From the NCBI GenBank assembly GCA_037131245.1, contig JBAXRK010000007.1, positions 7,226 to 71,225 on the forward strand: 64,000 bases of DNA, written 5' to 3'. This DNA is from Candidatus Omnitrophota bacterium (GTDB taxonomy: Bacteria; Omnitrophota; Gorgyraeia; Zapsychrales; Fredricksoniimonadaceae). A program made the translations under genes and the position numbers. Below, piece by piece: positions 53,037 to 63,541 of this stretch (positions within the stretch are counted from its first letter, which is position 1; each line of letters begins with the position of its first letter). The notes under the pieces are model-generated. The model did no database searches and had not been told where the DNA came from. It was given only the letters and a program-made list of their open reading frames with translations.

Positions 53037-53711
53037 ATGTTAATAGTGGAAAATATATCCAGGTCGTATTCGGACACCCTTAAGCGCGTGGATGTGCTTA
53101 AAGCCGTCAGCCTTTCGGTGAGTGCCGGTGAAAGCGTGGCGGTGGTCGGGCCTTCAGGCGCCGGCAAATCAACACTCTTGCATATTATCGGCGGATTAGA
53201 CCGGCCCGATCAGGGACGGGTGATGCTCAGTGGGCGTGATCTGTACCGTCTTTCCGATGCCGAGCGTTCTGCTGCGCGCAACACGACGATCGGTTTTGTT
53301 TTTCAGTTCTATCATCTGTTGCCGGATCTGACGGCTCTTGAGAATGTGATGCTGCCGTTGATGGTCAGTGATAAAACCGGAGCGCAGGCACGCGTTAGCG
53401 CGCAGAAAGCGGCGAAACGTTTGCAGGAAGTCGGGCTGGCGGATCGGATGGACCATAAACCCAATCAACTTTCCGGCGGAGAGCAGCAGCGGGTGGCGGT
53501 GGCCCGCGCGCTGATCACTGACCCGGCATTGCTGCTGTGTGATGAACCAACCGGCAACCTGGATTCGGCCTCCGGACGCGCGGTCATTGACCTGTTGTTT
53601 TCCCTGCAAACCAGCGAGAAACGAACCTTGATCATGGTAACCCATGATGAAAACCTGGCTGGCCGCGCCGCGCGTACCGTTCGTATCAAAGATGGCGTCC
53701 TGCTCGCGTAG
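53037..53711 (+). CDS. lolD: Lipoprotein-releasing ABC transporter ATP-binding protein
   Basis: It has Walker A GPSGAGKST, the signature LSGGEQQR, and Walker B LLLCDEP. Confidence 0.8.
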   Translation: MLIVENISRSYSDTLKRVDVLKAVSLSVSAGESVAVVGPSGAGKSTLLHIIGGLDRPDQGRVMLSGRDLYRLSDAERSAARNTTIGFVFQFYHLLPDLTALENVMLPLMVSDKTGAQARVSAQKAAKRLQEVGLADRMDHKPNQLSGGEQQRVAVARALITDPALLLCDEPTGNLDSASGRAVIDLLFSLQTSEKRTLIMVTHDENLAGRAARTVRIKDGVLLA

Positions 53712-53800
53712 CCCCGCGCGTTCGAGTAAATCCTCTCTAAATCCCATAGCAATAAATACTTATTTAAGTATAATAATACAAACTTAAGGGAGACGTGTTT

Positions 53801-54667
53801 ATGAAAATTTATTTGAACGGAAAACTGGTGGAAAAGGAAGACGCCCGCGTGTCGGTGTTCGATCACGGGCTTCTCTACGGGGACGGGGCTTTTGAAGGGA
53901 TCCGCGCTTATAGCGGCGTGGTCTTCAAGCTGGGGGAGCATATTGACCGGCTTTACGAGACCTGCCACACCATGATGATCAATGTGGGAATGACTAAAAA
54001 GCAGATGATCGAGGCCGTGGTGAAAACCCTGCGGGCCAATAACCTGCGCGACGGGTATATCCGCCTGGTGATCACGCGCGGCGATGGCGATCTGGGCCTG
54101 GACCCGCGTAAATGCAAGGGCAGCCCGAATATCATTATTATCGCCGACAAGATTACGCTTTATCCGGATGAGATGTATAAGAACGGGCTGACCATTGTGA
54201 CCGTCCCGACCGTGCGCAATCATCCGGAGGCGATCAATCCGCAGCTGAAGTCGCTCAATTATCTTAACAATATCATGGCCAAGATCGAGGCGAACAACGC
54301 TGGAGTGCCAGAAGCGATCATGCTTGATGGCAGCGGCTATGTGGCGGAATGTACCGGTGATAATATTTTTATGATCAAGGGGTCCGCGATCAAGACGCCG
54401 ATGCAGGGGCGTTTGCGCGGGATCACCCGTGACGCGGTCATGGCCCTGGCGGAAAAGAGACTGAAGCTCGATGTGCAGGAAACGTTGATCACCCGGCATG
54501 AGTTTTATAATGCCGATGAAGTGTTCCTCACCGGAACAGCGGCAGAGCTTATCCCGGTGGTGAAGATCGACGGCCGGCTGATCGGCAGTGGAAAACCCGG
54601 CCCGCTTACTTTGAAGTTGCTTAAGCTTTTTCATGACGTGACACGCAAAGATGGAGTGACGTTCTGA
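53801..54667 (+). CDS. ilvE: Branched-chain amino acid aminotransferase (class IV)
   Basis: ATG 53801 follows AAGGGAG. Motifs are VFDHGLLYGDGAFEGIR, YIRLVITRG and LNYLNN. Confidence 0.85.
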   Translation: MKIYLNGKLVEKEDARVSVFDHGLLYGDGAFEGIRAYSGVVFKLGEHIDRLYETCHTMMINVGMTKKQMIEAVVKTLRANNLRDGYIRLVITRGDGDLGLDPRKCKGSPNIIIIADKITLYPDEMYKNGLTIVTVPTVRNHPEAINPQLKSLNYLNNIMAKIEANNAGVPEAIMLDGSGYVAECTGDNIFMIKGSAIKTPMQGRLRGITRDAVMALAEKRLKLDVQETLITRHEFYNADEVFLTGTAAELIPVVKIDGRLIGSGKPGPLTLKLLKLFHDVTRKDGVTF

Positions 54668-55230
54668 TGAAATGCGATAAATGCCCGAAAAAAGCGACAG
54701 TGCACTTGACTGAGATCGTTGATGGTAAGGCCGCTGAAATGCATTTGTGCGAAGATTGCGCGCGCGACCAGAGCCAGCATATGGAGCAGCAGTTCGGCCT
54801 GGCCGATCTGCTGGCAGGGCTGACGGATTTCGGCAAGCATGTGCCCGAGGTGCCGAAAGAGTCCCTTTTATGCCCGGCCTGCGGTTTGTCTTACGAGGAT
54901 TTCCGTAAATTCGGCCGTTTCGGTTGTGCGAAATGTTATGTGGCTTTCACGGAACATTTGAAAACATTGCTCAAGAAGATCCACGGGTCGAATATCCATT
55001 TGGGCAAGAAGCTGGCCGGAGTGGTGCCGGAGGCGGCGCCATCCAAGATCAAGGTCGTTACTGTCGAGCCACAGGTGCCAGCACCGGCCTTAAGCGCGGC
55101 CCCGCTTCCGCCCGGAGTGGAAACGGCCGACAGTTTGCGTATCAAGATGCATCAGGCGATCGAGAAGGAAGATTTCGAGTTGGCAGCTTCTTTGCGCGAC
55201 AAGATCCGGGAACTGGAGCAGAAAGGTTAA
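54667..55230 (+). CDS. mcsA: Protein-arginine kinase activator McsA (zinc-finger + UVR motif protein)
   Basis: It has the CDKC...CEDC and CPAC...CAKC Cys pairs and a C-terminal UVR-like EDFELAASLRDKIRELE. It is immediately upstream of mcsB-clpC. Confidence 0.8.
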   Translation: MKCDKCPKKATVHLTEIVDGKAAEMHLCEDCARDQSQHMEQQFGLADLLAGLTDFGKHVPEVPKESLLCPACGLSYEDFRKFGRFGCAKCYVAFTEHLKTLLKKIHGSNIHLGKKLAGVVPEAAPSKIKVVTVEPQVPAPALSAAPLPPGVETADSLRIKMHQAIEKEDFELAASLRDKIRELEQKG

Positions 55231-56283
55231 ATGGAACTTAACGACCTTATTCATCATACCGGCGAATGGCTCAGGGGGACCGGCCCGCATGCCCATATCG
55301 TCCTTTCATCACGGATCCGCCTGGCGCGCAACCTTAAGGGAGTCCTTTTCACCAACCGGGCGCAGCGCAAGGATTTCGACGCTGTCTTGTCTTCGGTCGA
55401 GACGGCCGTTAAAGAGATCTCTTTGTTCAATGAGTCCCGGTTTTTCCGGTTGAGCGAGCTTGATAATGTGGATAGGCAATTCCTGGTGGAGCGGCACTTG
55501 ATGAGCCACGATCACGCGTCGAACCCGCAGGGCAAGGCGGTGGTCGTTTCCAAGGAAGAGGCGCTCTCCGTCATGGTCAATGAAGAGGATCATTTGCGGA
55601 TCCAAGTCATGCAGTCCGGCCATAATCTCGACGGGACGTGGGAGATCATCAACAATATCGATAACGCGCTTAGCGAGAAGATCGATTATGCCTATCTTCC
55701 CGAATGGGGCTATTTGACGGCTTGTCCGACGAACACCGGTACGGCGATGCGCGGTTCGGTCATGCTCCATTTACCGGCGCTGGTCATGACGCGCCAGATC
55801 AATAAGGTGCTGATGGCCATTTCCAAACTGAGTTTTGCTTCCCGCGGATTTTACGGTGAGGGGACGCAGGCGATCGGGAATTTCTATCAGATTTCCAATC
55901 AGGTTTCTCTAGGGCATAGTGAACTGGATATTATTTCGAATATCAACGGCTTGATTCGCCAGATCGTGGATCAGGAGGAGCAAGCCCGCCAGGCGCTGCT
56001 GGTGCAGAACCGCCTGATGCTGGAGGATAAGATCTGCCGCGCCTGGGGGATCCTTAAGCACGCGCGGATCGTTTCCAGCCAGGAGACGATCGAACTTATG
56101 TCGATGGTGCGCCTTGGGCTGGATATGGGGATCCTGCAGGAGATCGATAGCAAGGCGATGAACGATCTTTTTATCATGATCCAGCCGGCGCATTTGCAGA
56201 AGCTGGAAGGCCGCAAGCTTAATTCCGCCGAGCGGGACATCCGCCGGGCTTTGTTGATTAGGGAGAAGGTTCGTAAGACTTAA
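55231..56283 (+). CDS. mcsB: Protein arginine kinase McsB (ATP:guanido phosphotransferase)
   Basis: It has the phosphagen-kinase C-domain motifs (EEDHLRIQ, CPTNTGT.MR). Confidence 0.85.
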   Translation: MELNDLIHHTGEWLRGTGPHAHIVLSSRIRLARNLKGVLFTNRAQRKDFDAVLSSVETAVKEISLFNESRFFRLSELDNVDRQFLVERHLMSHDHASNPQGKAVVVSKEEALSVMVNEEDHLRIQVMQSGHNLDGTWEIINNIDNALSEKIDYAYLPEWGYLTACPTNTGTAMRGSVMLHLPALVMTRQINKVLMAISKLSFASRGFYGEGTQAIGNFYQISNQVSLGHSELDIISNINGLIRQIVDQEEQARQALLVQNRLMLEDKICRAWGILKHARIVSSQETIELMSMVRLGLDMGILQEIDSKAMNDLFIMIQPAHLQKLEGRKLNSAERDIRRALLIREKVRKT

Positions 56284-56308
56284 GGTATCCTATCGAAAGG
56301 GAATCAAT

Positions 56309-58756
56309 ATGTTTAACAGGTTCACGGAACGCGCGCGTAAGGTCATCGTTTTTGCTAAAGAAGAGGCGAAGCGCTTCAATCATGATTATATCGGGACGGA
56401 ACACCTGCTTCTCGGGCTTATTCGTGAAGGGGAAGGGGTGGCTTCCGCTGTCCTGCAGAAGCTCGGGCTTGATCTGGAGTCGATCCGTATTGAGGTCGAA
56501 AAACTGGTTCAGCCGGGGCCGCAGACCCAGGTCGTGGGGGATATTCCCTTTACGCCCCGTTCCAAGAAAGCGCTTGAGCTGGCCGCGGAAGAAGCTCGCG
56601 CTTTGGGCCATAATTACATAGGCACCGAACATTTATTGCTGGGGTTGGTCAAGGAGGGCGAAGGGATGGCCTATCGCGTCCTTTTAAACCTCGGGCTTGA
56701 CCTCGGGAAATTGCGTAATGAAGTGATGGAGCTTCTGGGGTCCGGTATCCCGGGTTATAACCAGCAGCAACAGCAGCAACAGCAGCCCCAGGACCCGCAG
56801 AAGAGTGGCAGTAAAACGCCGGCGATCGACGCTTACGGGCGAAACCTGAACAAATTCGCCAAGGATGGCAAGCTTGATCCGGTCATCGGTCGCAAGAACG
56901 AGATCGAACGTGTTATTCAGGTGCTTTCCCGCCGGACGAAGAATAATCCAGTCTTGTTGGGAGAAGCTGGCATCGGTAAGACCGCGATCGTGGAGGGCCT
57001 GGCCCAGCAGATCGTGGCTGGCGAAGTGCCCGAGATCCTGCGGGACAAGACCATCGTGGTATTGGACTTGGCCATGATGGTGGCTGGCACAAAATACCGC
57101 GGTCAGTTCGAGGAGCGTATCAAGGCGGTCATGGAAGAGCTTAAGCGTAATGGCAAGCTGGTCCTATTTATCGACGAGATCCATACTCTGGTCGGGGCCG
57201 GCGCCGCGGAAGGGGCTATTGACGCGGCTAATATCCTTAAGCCCGCGCTCGCCCGCGGCGAGATCCAGTGCATCGGGGCGACGACACTCGATGAGTACCG
57301 CAAGAATATCGAGAAGGACGCGGCCCTCGAGCGGCGGTTCCAGACGATCCAGGTCAACCCACCGACGGTGGAGCAGACCATCCTGATCCTTAAGGGCTTG
57401 CGCGATAAATACGAAGCGCATCACCGGGTCAAGTATTCCGATGAGTCGCTTGAAGCCGCGGCAAAACTTTCCGACCGGTATATTTCCGGACGGTTTCTGC
57501 CGGATAAAGCGGTTGATATCATTGACGAAGCGGGCGCTAGCGCCCGGCTGAAGGCGATGGTCACGCCCGATGACATTAAGGAGATGGAAGCCGGGATCGA
57601 GGACTTGCGTAAAGAAAAAGAGTCTTTTATCAAGCGGCAGGATTTTGAGAAGGCTGCCCAGTTGCGTGATCAGGAACGGGATGTGCGCGAGAAGCTTGAG
57701 AAACGCCGTAGCGAATGGATGACCAGCCGCGACAGCGCGTCGCTGGTGATTGGTTATGAAGAAATGGCCCGCGTCGTTTCCCAGTGGACCGGGGTCCCGC
57801 TTATCCGCTTGGAGGAAAAAGAGACGGAGCGGTTACTCAAGATGGAAGAGCATATGGCGAAAGTGGTGATCGGCCAGAGCGAACCGATCTCGGCGATCGC
57901 GCGCGCGGTCAGGCGTTCGCGCGCCGGCATCAAGAACCCGCGGCGCCCGATCGGGTCGTTTATTTTTCTGGGCCCGACCGGTGTCGGCAAAACCCTGCTG
58001 GCTCGCGCTCTTTCCGAGTTCATGTTCGGCGACGAGAATGCCTTGATCCAGATCGACATGTCCGAGTACATGGATAAATATAATGTATCGCGCCTGGTGG
58101 GTGCGCCGCCGGGTTACGTGGGTTACGAAGAGGGCGGCCAGCTGACGGAAAAAGTCCGCCGCCGGCCTTATTCGGTGATCCTGCTTGATGAGATCGAGAA
58201 AGCGCATGCTGACGTGTTCAATATCCTGCTTCAGGTGCTGGAAGACGGGCGTTTGACCGATAGCCTCGGTCGGGTGGTGGACTTTCGTAATACGGTGATC
58301 CTGATGACGTCCAATATTGGCGTCGACATGCTGCGCAAGACCGGGGCGCTGGGTTTTGCGCCGCGAACAGAGACCGAGACCTATGATCAGCTCAAGGATA
58401 AGCTGCTGGGCGAGGTCAAAAGGGTTTTTAAGCCTGAGTTCCTTAACCGTATTGACGATATCATTGTGTTCAAGTCATTGACCAAGGAAGACCTTTACCG
58501 GATCATCGACCTTGAGATCAACGCGGTCCGGCTACGTCTTAAAGAAAAGAACATTGCCGTAGAGTTTACTCAGGAGGCGATCGACTTTTTGATCGAGAAA
58601 GGCTTTGACCCTGTTTATGGCGCCCGCCCGCTCAAGCGGACGATCCAGCGGTATGTGGAGGATCCGATGTCTGAGATGATCATCTCTGGCGGCTTTAAAG
58701 CCGATGGCAAAGTGACCGTCCGTCCGGACAATGACAGGCTTGTGTTCGATCAATGA
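56309..58756 (+). CDS. clpC: ATP-dependent Clp protease ATP-binding subunit ClpC
   Basis: It has a double Clp_N repeat, two AAA+ modules ([16 protein letters not shown]) and a UVR motif in the M-domain ([11 protein letters not shown]). A poly-Gln linker follows the N-domain. Confidence 0.9.
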   Translation: MFNRFTERARKVIVFAKEEAKRFNHDYIGTEHLLLGLIREGEGVASAVLQKLGLDLESIRIEVEKLVQPGPQTQVVGDIPFTPRSKKALELAAEEARALGHNYIGTEHLLLGLVKEGEGMAYRVLLNLGLDLGKLRNEVMELLGSGIPGYNQQQQQQQQPQDPQKSGSKTPAIDAYGRNLNKFAKDGKLDPVIGRKNEIERVIQVLSRRTKNNPVLLGEAGIGKTAIVEGLAQQIVAGEVPEILRDKTIVVLDLAMMVAGTKYRGQFEERIKAVMEELKRNGKLVLFIDEIHTLVGAGAAEGAIDAANILKPALARGEIQCIGATTLDEYRKNIEKDAALERRFQTIQVNPPTVEQTILILKGLRDKYEAHHRVKYSDESLEAAAKLSDRYISGRFLPDKAVDIIDEAGASARLKAMVTPDDIKEMEAGIEDLRKEKESFIKRQDFEKAAQLRDQERDVREKLEKRRSEWMTSRDSASLVIGYEEMARVVSQWTGVPLIRLEEKETERLLKMEEHMAKVVIGQSEPISAIARAVRRSRAGIKNPRRPIGSFIFLGPTGVGKTLLARALSEFMFGDENALIQIDMSEYMDKYNVSRLVGAPPGYVGYEEGGQLTEKVRRRPYSVILLDEIEKAHADVFNILLQVLEDGRLTDSLGRVVDFRNTVILMTSNIGVDMLRKTGALGFAPRTETETYDQLKDKLLGEVKRVFKPEFLNRIDDIIVFKSLTKEDLYRIIDLEINAVRLRLKEKNIAVEFTQEAIDFLIEKGFDPVYGARPLKRTIQRYVEDPMSEMIISGGFKADGKVTVRPDNDRLVFDQ

Positions 58757-59757
58757 TGCGACGGGCAGGATGTTGCTTAGCGGTGTTGTTAAGTGTCATG
58801 GTCGGGGCAGTGGTTTGTCCCGGACCGGTCATGGCCCAAGCGTCGCTGACCAGCATTCCTTTCACCGGTTTCATTGATCTGGGGGAGTCCCGGGCCGAAC
58901 TGCGATTCGGCCGTTCGCAAGGGGCCAGGGCGTTCACGATCGATGCCCTGATGACCGGCCGTGGCAGGTACCATGTGAAGATGGATATTTCTCATGTGCC
59001 CCTGCCCAATCTGGACATCGCCGCTGTTGTTGAAGGAGATGTCAGGGTGACCGGGAATGAGCCCCGTGCCCAGGAATTTTCCGGAGAATTTAAAAGTTCG
59101 TATCTGTTAATGAATTACGCGCCTTTTCGCGATCTGAGCATTAAGTTCATGGTGCGGGACCGCAAGTTCATTGTTGATTCTTTGTGGGCGGGTGGGGTTT
59201 CCGCCAGCGGGAACATCGAGCTGACGGGCCAGCACCGCATGGATCTTGCCCTGGACGTGGTTTCGGCGGATATCGAGGAGATATCAGCGATCGTTCGGGT
59301 GCTTAACGGCATTAGTACCTCTGATCCGCTGACGTTCACCGGGGTCATGAAGGGCGCGTTCCATATGAGCGGTAAATTACCCCGGCCGTTCGTGCAGGGG
59401 CGTTTGTCGGCTTATAACGGCCGGGTGAAGAATTTTTATTTCGATACGATCAGCCTGGATTTCGACGGACAGTATCCGCTGATCAATATTAAGGAGGCGC
59501 TGATCACGCAGGCCGAAGGCTTGAGTTTTCGCTTGGCCGGAGGGCTTGATGTCAGCGATTGGGCGGGGCTTCCCGCTCAGGTCCGGTTGCTCAAGAAGTT
59601 CCCGATGGTTACTTCCGATGATAATCGGCGGGAATGGGTCTTCAAGCGGGTCCAGTCGTCAGACGCGACGCGTACGGAAATGAAGTATTTTTTCACCAAG
59701 AATGACCGCGGCGATACAGAAGCGGTCTTGGGTATCCAGAAAAGCATCGGGTTCTAA
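58753..59757 (+). CDS. Secreted protein, unknown function (weakly AsmA/TamB-like by eye)
   Basis: An ATGA overlap joins it to the clpC stop. It has a signal peptide (CCLAVLLSVMVGAVVCPGPVMA/QA). It precedes mlaEFD. Confidence 0.45.
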   Translation: MMRRAGCCLAVLLSVMVGAVVCPGPVMAQASLTSIPFTGFIDLGESRAELRFGRSQGARAFTIDALMTGRGRYHVKMDISHVPLPNLDIAAVVEGDVRVTGNEPRAQEFSGEFKSSYLLMNYAPFRDLSIKFMVRDRKFIVDSLWAGGVSASGNIELTGQHRMDLALDVVSADIEEISAIVRVLNGISTSDPLTFTGVMKGAFHMSGKLPRPFVQGRLSAYNGRVKNFYFDTISLDFDGQYPLINIKEALITQAEGLSFRLAGGLDVSDWAGLPAQVRLLKKFPMVTSDDNRREWVFKRVQSSDATRTEMKYFFTKNDRGDTEAVLGIQKSIGF

Positions 59758-59759
59758 TT

Positions 59760-60560
59760 ATGCTGCAGAATGTCCTTACAGCGGCTGGTACGACGATCGG
59801 TGTTGCGGTCTTTGATCTTATCCGTTACATCGGCAGGCTCAACATCCTTTTTGGGCAAACAGTGGTGAGCATCCTGACCACGCCGCTTAACGCCTACCGG
59901 TTTTTGTCCCAGGCCAAGCGGGTGGGCCCGGGGAGCTTCTTTATTTCATCGCTGGTGGCTTTCTTTGTCGGCATGATCATCGCCTTGCAAATGGCGTACA
60001 TGATGGTCCGTCTTTCCGCCGAGATATATATTCCCAACGTGATCGCGGTTTCGCTCACGCGGGAACTGGGCCCGGTCCTGACCGCTTTGATCGTGGCTGG
60101 CCGTATCGGCGCGGGGATCACCGCTGAGATCGGGGCCATGACGGTGACAGAACAGGTGGACGCGCTACGGGCTTTTGCCGTTGACCCGGTCCGCTACCTG
60201 GTCGTGCCGCGTTTCCTGGCGCTGGTGCTGATGCTGCCGATCCTGACCCTATTCGCGGTGCTGGTTGGCATTACCGGCGGGTTTCTGATCTGTTCGCTTA
60301 AGCTTTCGATCAACGCGCACACCTATTGGAGCATGGTCGCCGATTCGCTGGCGATCAAGGACGCCCTGACCGGCCTTCTTAAACCATTATTTTTCGGGAT
60401 GATCATTGCGATCGTCGGTTGTTTTGAAGGCCTTAATGTCAGGGGCGGCGCCGACGGTGTTGGCAAGGCCACGACCGTTTCCGTGGTGAGGTCGTTCATT
60501 TTTATCATCATGTTTGATTGTTTTTTCACGTTCATCTTTTATTTTTTATTTAACTCATGA
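59760..60560 (+). CDS. mlaE: Phospholipid/retrograde lipid ABC transporter permease MlaE
   Basis: It looks like the MlaE/YrbE permease family (RELGPVLTALIVAGR.GA..TAEIG.M.VTEQ.DAL). Confidence 0.85.
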   Translation: MLQNVLTAAGTTIGVAVFDLIRYIGRLNILFGQTVVSILTTPLNAYRFLSQAKRVGPGSFFISSLVAFFVGMIIALQMAYMMVRLSAEIYIPNVIAVSLTRELGPVLTALIVAGRIGAGITAEIGAMTVTEQVDALRAFAVDPVRYLVVPRFLALVLMLPILTLFAVLVGITGGFLICSLKLSINAHTYWSMVADSLAIKDALTGLLKPLFFGMIIAIVGCFEGLNVRGGADGVGKATTVSVVRSFIFIIMFDCFFTFIFYFLFNS

Positions 60561-61330
60561 TCGAGATACGCGACCTTTATAAAACGTTCGACCGCAAGCA
60601 GGTCCTTAATGGCCTGAACCTGTCCGTGCGCGCGGGCGAGACGAAAGTTATCATCGGGCGCTCCGGCGCGGGTAAAAGCGTGCTTCTTAAGTGTATCGTG
60701 GGGATCGTACAGGCAGATAACGGTTCGATCAAGGTTGGCGGGGAAGAATTAATGGGCCTCGGCCAGCGGGATTACAATCGTGTCCGCAGCAATATCGGCC
60801 TGGTATTTCAGGGCGGGGCGCTTTTTGATTCACTTAATGTCGGCGAAAATGTAAGTTTTTTCCTGGATGAGCACACCTTGCTGACCGCGGCGCAGAAGAA
60901 GGAGCGGATGATGCACGCCCTCTCGCTCGTTGGGTTGACGGGGATCGAGGAATTGATGCCGTCGTCACTGTCGGGGGGGATGCGCAAGCGCGTGTCGCTC
61001 GCGCGGATCCTGTGCATGGAGCCGAAGATCATCCTCTACGATGAGCCGACCAGTGAGGTCGACCCGATAACGGCTGACGCGATCAACAATATTATTATTG
61101 ATATGCGCGACAAGCTTAAGGTCACCTCCATTGTTGTGACCCATGACATGAGCGCGGCCTTTAAGGTGGGCGATTCGGTGGCCATGTTCTATCACGGGCA
61201 GGTCATCGCGGATGGTTCGCCGGATGTGATCAGGAATTCCCGGCATCCGGTGGTCAGGCAGTTCATCAGCGGTGACGCGGTGGGCCCCATTACTGAGGAT
61301 GAGAGCATGAAATTCGGGCACGTTAAATAA
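60557..61330 (+). CDS. mlaF: ABC transporter ATP-binding protein MlaF
   Basis: It has Walker A GRSGAGKS, the signature LSGGMRKR, and Walker B ILYDEPT. Confidence 0.85.
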   Translation: MIEIRDLYKTFDRKQVLNGLNLSVRAGETKVIIGRSGAGKSVLLKCIVGIVQADNGSIKVGGEELMGLGQRDYNRVRSNIGLVFQGGALFDSLNVGENVSFFLDEHTLLTAAQKKERMMHALSLVGLTGIEELMPSSLSGGMRKRVSLARILCMEPKIILYDEPTSEVDPITADAINNIIIDMRDKLKVTSIVVTHDMSAAFKVGDSVAMFYHGQVIADGSPDVIRNSRHPVVRQFISGDAVGPITEDESMKFGHVK

Positions 61331-61339
61331 GAGGTCATT

Positions 61340-62128
61340 ATGCCTAAGGAAAGCAGCTTGGAATTGAAGGTCGGGGCGTTCGTGGTGCTGGCGCTCATTT
61401 GTCTGATGGGGTTTGTTTTTGCGGTCAGCGATTTCTCTTTCTTCGAAAAGGGCGATGATTATGCCGCGGTCTTTTCGTACGCCAATGGGCTCAAGAAAGG
61501 CGCGCCTGTCCGCCTGGCGGGCGTGGATGCCGGCCATGTGAAGGATCTGGTTATATTTTATGATGCGGAGCAATTGCGTACGAAGGTTCGCGTGGGCTTA
61601 TGGGTCATGCGCGGGATGAATGTGCCCGAGGATTCCCGGGTCCTGATCAATCAGCTTGGGTTGTTGGGTGAAAAATATGTCGAGATCATCCCTGGGTCGG
61701 CGGCCAAGTTCCTGCCGGTTGGCGCCCGCATGACGGGAGAGGATCCGGTCGCGATGGAATCGATCATGGCGATGGTGGGCAGTATTTCTTCCAAATTGGA
61801 TATGACCCTGGCGAATGTTAATCAGCGCATTCTGACTGAGGCGAACACTAAGGCATTATCTGAGTCACTTCAGAACCTGGCGGCGATCACGACTTCGTTG
61901 CGCAAAGGTGAAGGCAGCCTCGGCAAGTTGTTCTCTGATGAGAGTGTCTACCAGAACCTTTCGTTGACGCTGGCGAATGTCGCGGCGCTGACGGATAAAT
62001 TGAACAAGGGCGAGGGCACGGTGGGGATGTTCCTCCATGATCCGCGGGTCTATCAGAATTTAGAGGAGTTATCCGCCGACTTGAAGGCGAACCCGTGGAA
62101 ACTTTTCTTCCGGCCCAAAGGGAAATAG
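61340..62128 (+). CDS. mlaD: MCE-domain substrate-binding protein MlaD
   Basis: It has an N-terminal TM segment and an MCE domain (GLKKGAPVRLAGVDAGHV). Confidence 0.8.
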   Translation: MPKESSLELKVGAFVVLALICLMGFVFAVSDFSFFEKGDDYAAVFSYANGLKKGAPVRLAGVDAGHVKDLVIFYDAEQLRTKVRVGLWVMRGMNVPEDSRVLINQLGLLGEKYVEIIPGSAAKFLPVGARMTGEDPVAMESIMAMVGSISSKLDMTLANVNQRILTEANTKALSESLQNLAAITTSLRKGEGSLGKLFSDESVYQNLSLTLANVAALTDKLNKGEGTVGMFLHDPRVYQNLEELSADLKANPWKLFFRPKGK

Positions 62129-62143
62129 GCGGCGTACTTCTTG

Positions 62144-63529
62144 ATGAAAAATAAAGCCGGCACTAAAACAGTTTTCATCTGCCAGAGCTGCGGCCAGGAG
62201 TCTTCCCGCTGGCTGGGAAAATGCCCGGGGTGCAATGGCTGGAATTCGTTCGTGGAAGAGACCGCGGCGCTTAAGCCGGCGAAAGAGACCCAGCGGGGTT
62301 TATTGACTAGCATGGACGCGCCGGTCCTGCTTGGCGATATTTCCTCTGTCCATGAGAAGCGGTATGTGACCGGTATCAAGGAATTCGACCGCGTGCTCGG
62401 CGGCGGGATGGTGGTAGGTTCGGTCACGTTGATCGGTGGCGACCCGGGGATCGGAAAATCCACCATTGCCTTGCAGGCGGCTTGCCGTTTCAGTGAGGAA
62501 GGCTTGAAAGTCCTCTATGTTAGCGGCGAGGAGTCGATCGCGCAGACCAAGATGCGTGCCGATCGTATTGTGCGTAAGGCCAACGCCAATTTGTTCATTG
62601 TCAATCAGATCGACCTTAATATCATTATTGAGTTCATCAATAAAGTTCAGCCGGCGGTCGTGATCATCGATTCGATCCAGGTGGTCTACGAGCCGAACAT
62701 GGGTTCTTCACCGGGCAGCGTGGGGCAAGTGCGCGAATGCGCGGCGTTGCTGACGCAACTGGCGAAGTCCCGCGGCGTCGCGATGATGATCATCGGCCAT
62801 GTTACCAAAGACGGGGCGATCGCGGGGCCGAGGGTGCTTGAGCATATTGTTGATACCGTCCTTTATTTCGAAGGCGAGCGCTACTCCGCTTATCGGGTGC
62901 TGCGCACCACCAAGAACCGTTTTGGTTCCACCAATGAGCTGGGCGTTTTTGAAATGACTTCGGCGGGCCTGATGGAGGTAGAGAATCCCTCCGAGATCTT
63001 TCTTTCCGAGCGGGCGAAAGCTTCGTCAGGATCGGTGGTCGTTCCTATCCTGGAGGGGACACGCCCTTTCCTGGTGGAAGTGCAGGGTTTGGTCAGCCGT
63101 TCGGCGTTCGGCATGGTTCGCCACCGCGCGCAGGGGTTTGACGCGAACCGGTTGTCATTGCTTACCGCGGTCCTGGAGAAAAGGGTGGGGTTGCGGTTGG
63201 AGGATCAGGATATCTTTTTGAATATTGTCGGCGGGGTAAGAGTGGAAGATCCGGCAGGCGACCTGGGGGTGGCCCTGGCGGTGGCGTCGTCGTTCCTGGA
63301 TAAGCCGCTGCCGTCTGACATCGCGGTGCTGGGGGAAGTTGGCCTGTCGGCGGAGGTGCGCAGCGTGGCGCATATTGTGCCCCGCCTGATCGAAGCGGAG
63401 AAATTGGGGTTCAAGAAGTGCTTCATTCCAAAGAATAACCTGAAAGCGCAGAGCGGGCTGAAGCTCAAGACGCTCCAGGTTGTTCCGGTGGCGGGGGTGC
63501 GTGAGGCGCTCGATCTTATTAGAGGCTAA
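62144..63529 (+). CDS. radA: DNA repair protein RadA/Sms
   Basis: It has the zinc ribbon CQSCGQES..W.GKCPGC, Walker A GGDPGIGKST, KNRFG, and a Lon-like C-terminal domain. Confidence 0.9.
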   Translation: MKNKAGTKTVFICQSCGQESSRWLGKCPGCNGWNSFVEETAALKPAKETQRGLLTSMDAPVLLGDISSVHEKRYVTGIKEFDRVLGGGMVVGSVTLIGGDPGIGKSTIALQAACRFSEEGLKVLYVSGEESIAQTKMRADRIVRKANANLFIVNQIDLNIIIEFINKVQPAVVIIDSIQVVYEPNMGSSPGSVGQVRECAALLTQLAKSRGVAMMIIGHVTKDGAIAGPRVLEHIVDTVLYFEGERYSAYRVLRTTKNRFGSTNELGVFEMTSAGLMEVENPSEIFLSERAKASSGSVVVPILEGTRPFLVEVQGLVSRSAFGMVRHRAQGFDANRLSLLTAVLEKRVGLRLEDQDIFLNIVGGVRVEDPAGDLGVALAVASSFLDKPLPSDIAVLGEVGLSAEVRSVAHIVPRLIEAEKLGFKKCFIPKNNLKAQSGLKLKTLQVVPVAGVREALDLIRG

Positions 63530-63541
63530 CGGAGACGGAAT

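Noticed and set aside
53465-54634. 389-aa minus-strand ORF, the longest unexplained ORF in the track
   Set aside because: It lies entirely antisense to ilvE and the 3' end of lolD, both of which have unmistakable family motifs on the + strand. Its translation is Arg/His/Gln/Pro-rich and low in complexity with no motif, as expected for a shadow ORF in GC-rich coding DNA.
56762-56785. CAG/CAA repeat (eight consecutive Gln codons) in clpC
   Set aside because: It encodes a poly-Gln linker between the Clp N-domain and the first AAA+ module. It stays in frame and is short, so I treat it as a low-complexity linker rather than a repeat element or phase-variation tract.
60965-61573. 202-aa minus-strand ORF spanning mlaF/mlaD
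   Set aside because: It is antisense to two genes with clear ABC and MCE motifs and crosses their junction, so it is not credible as coding.
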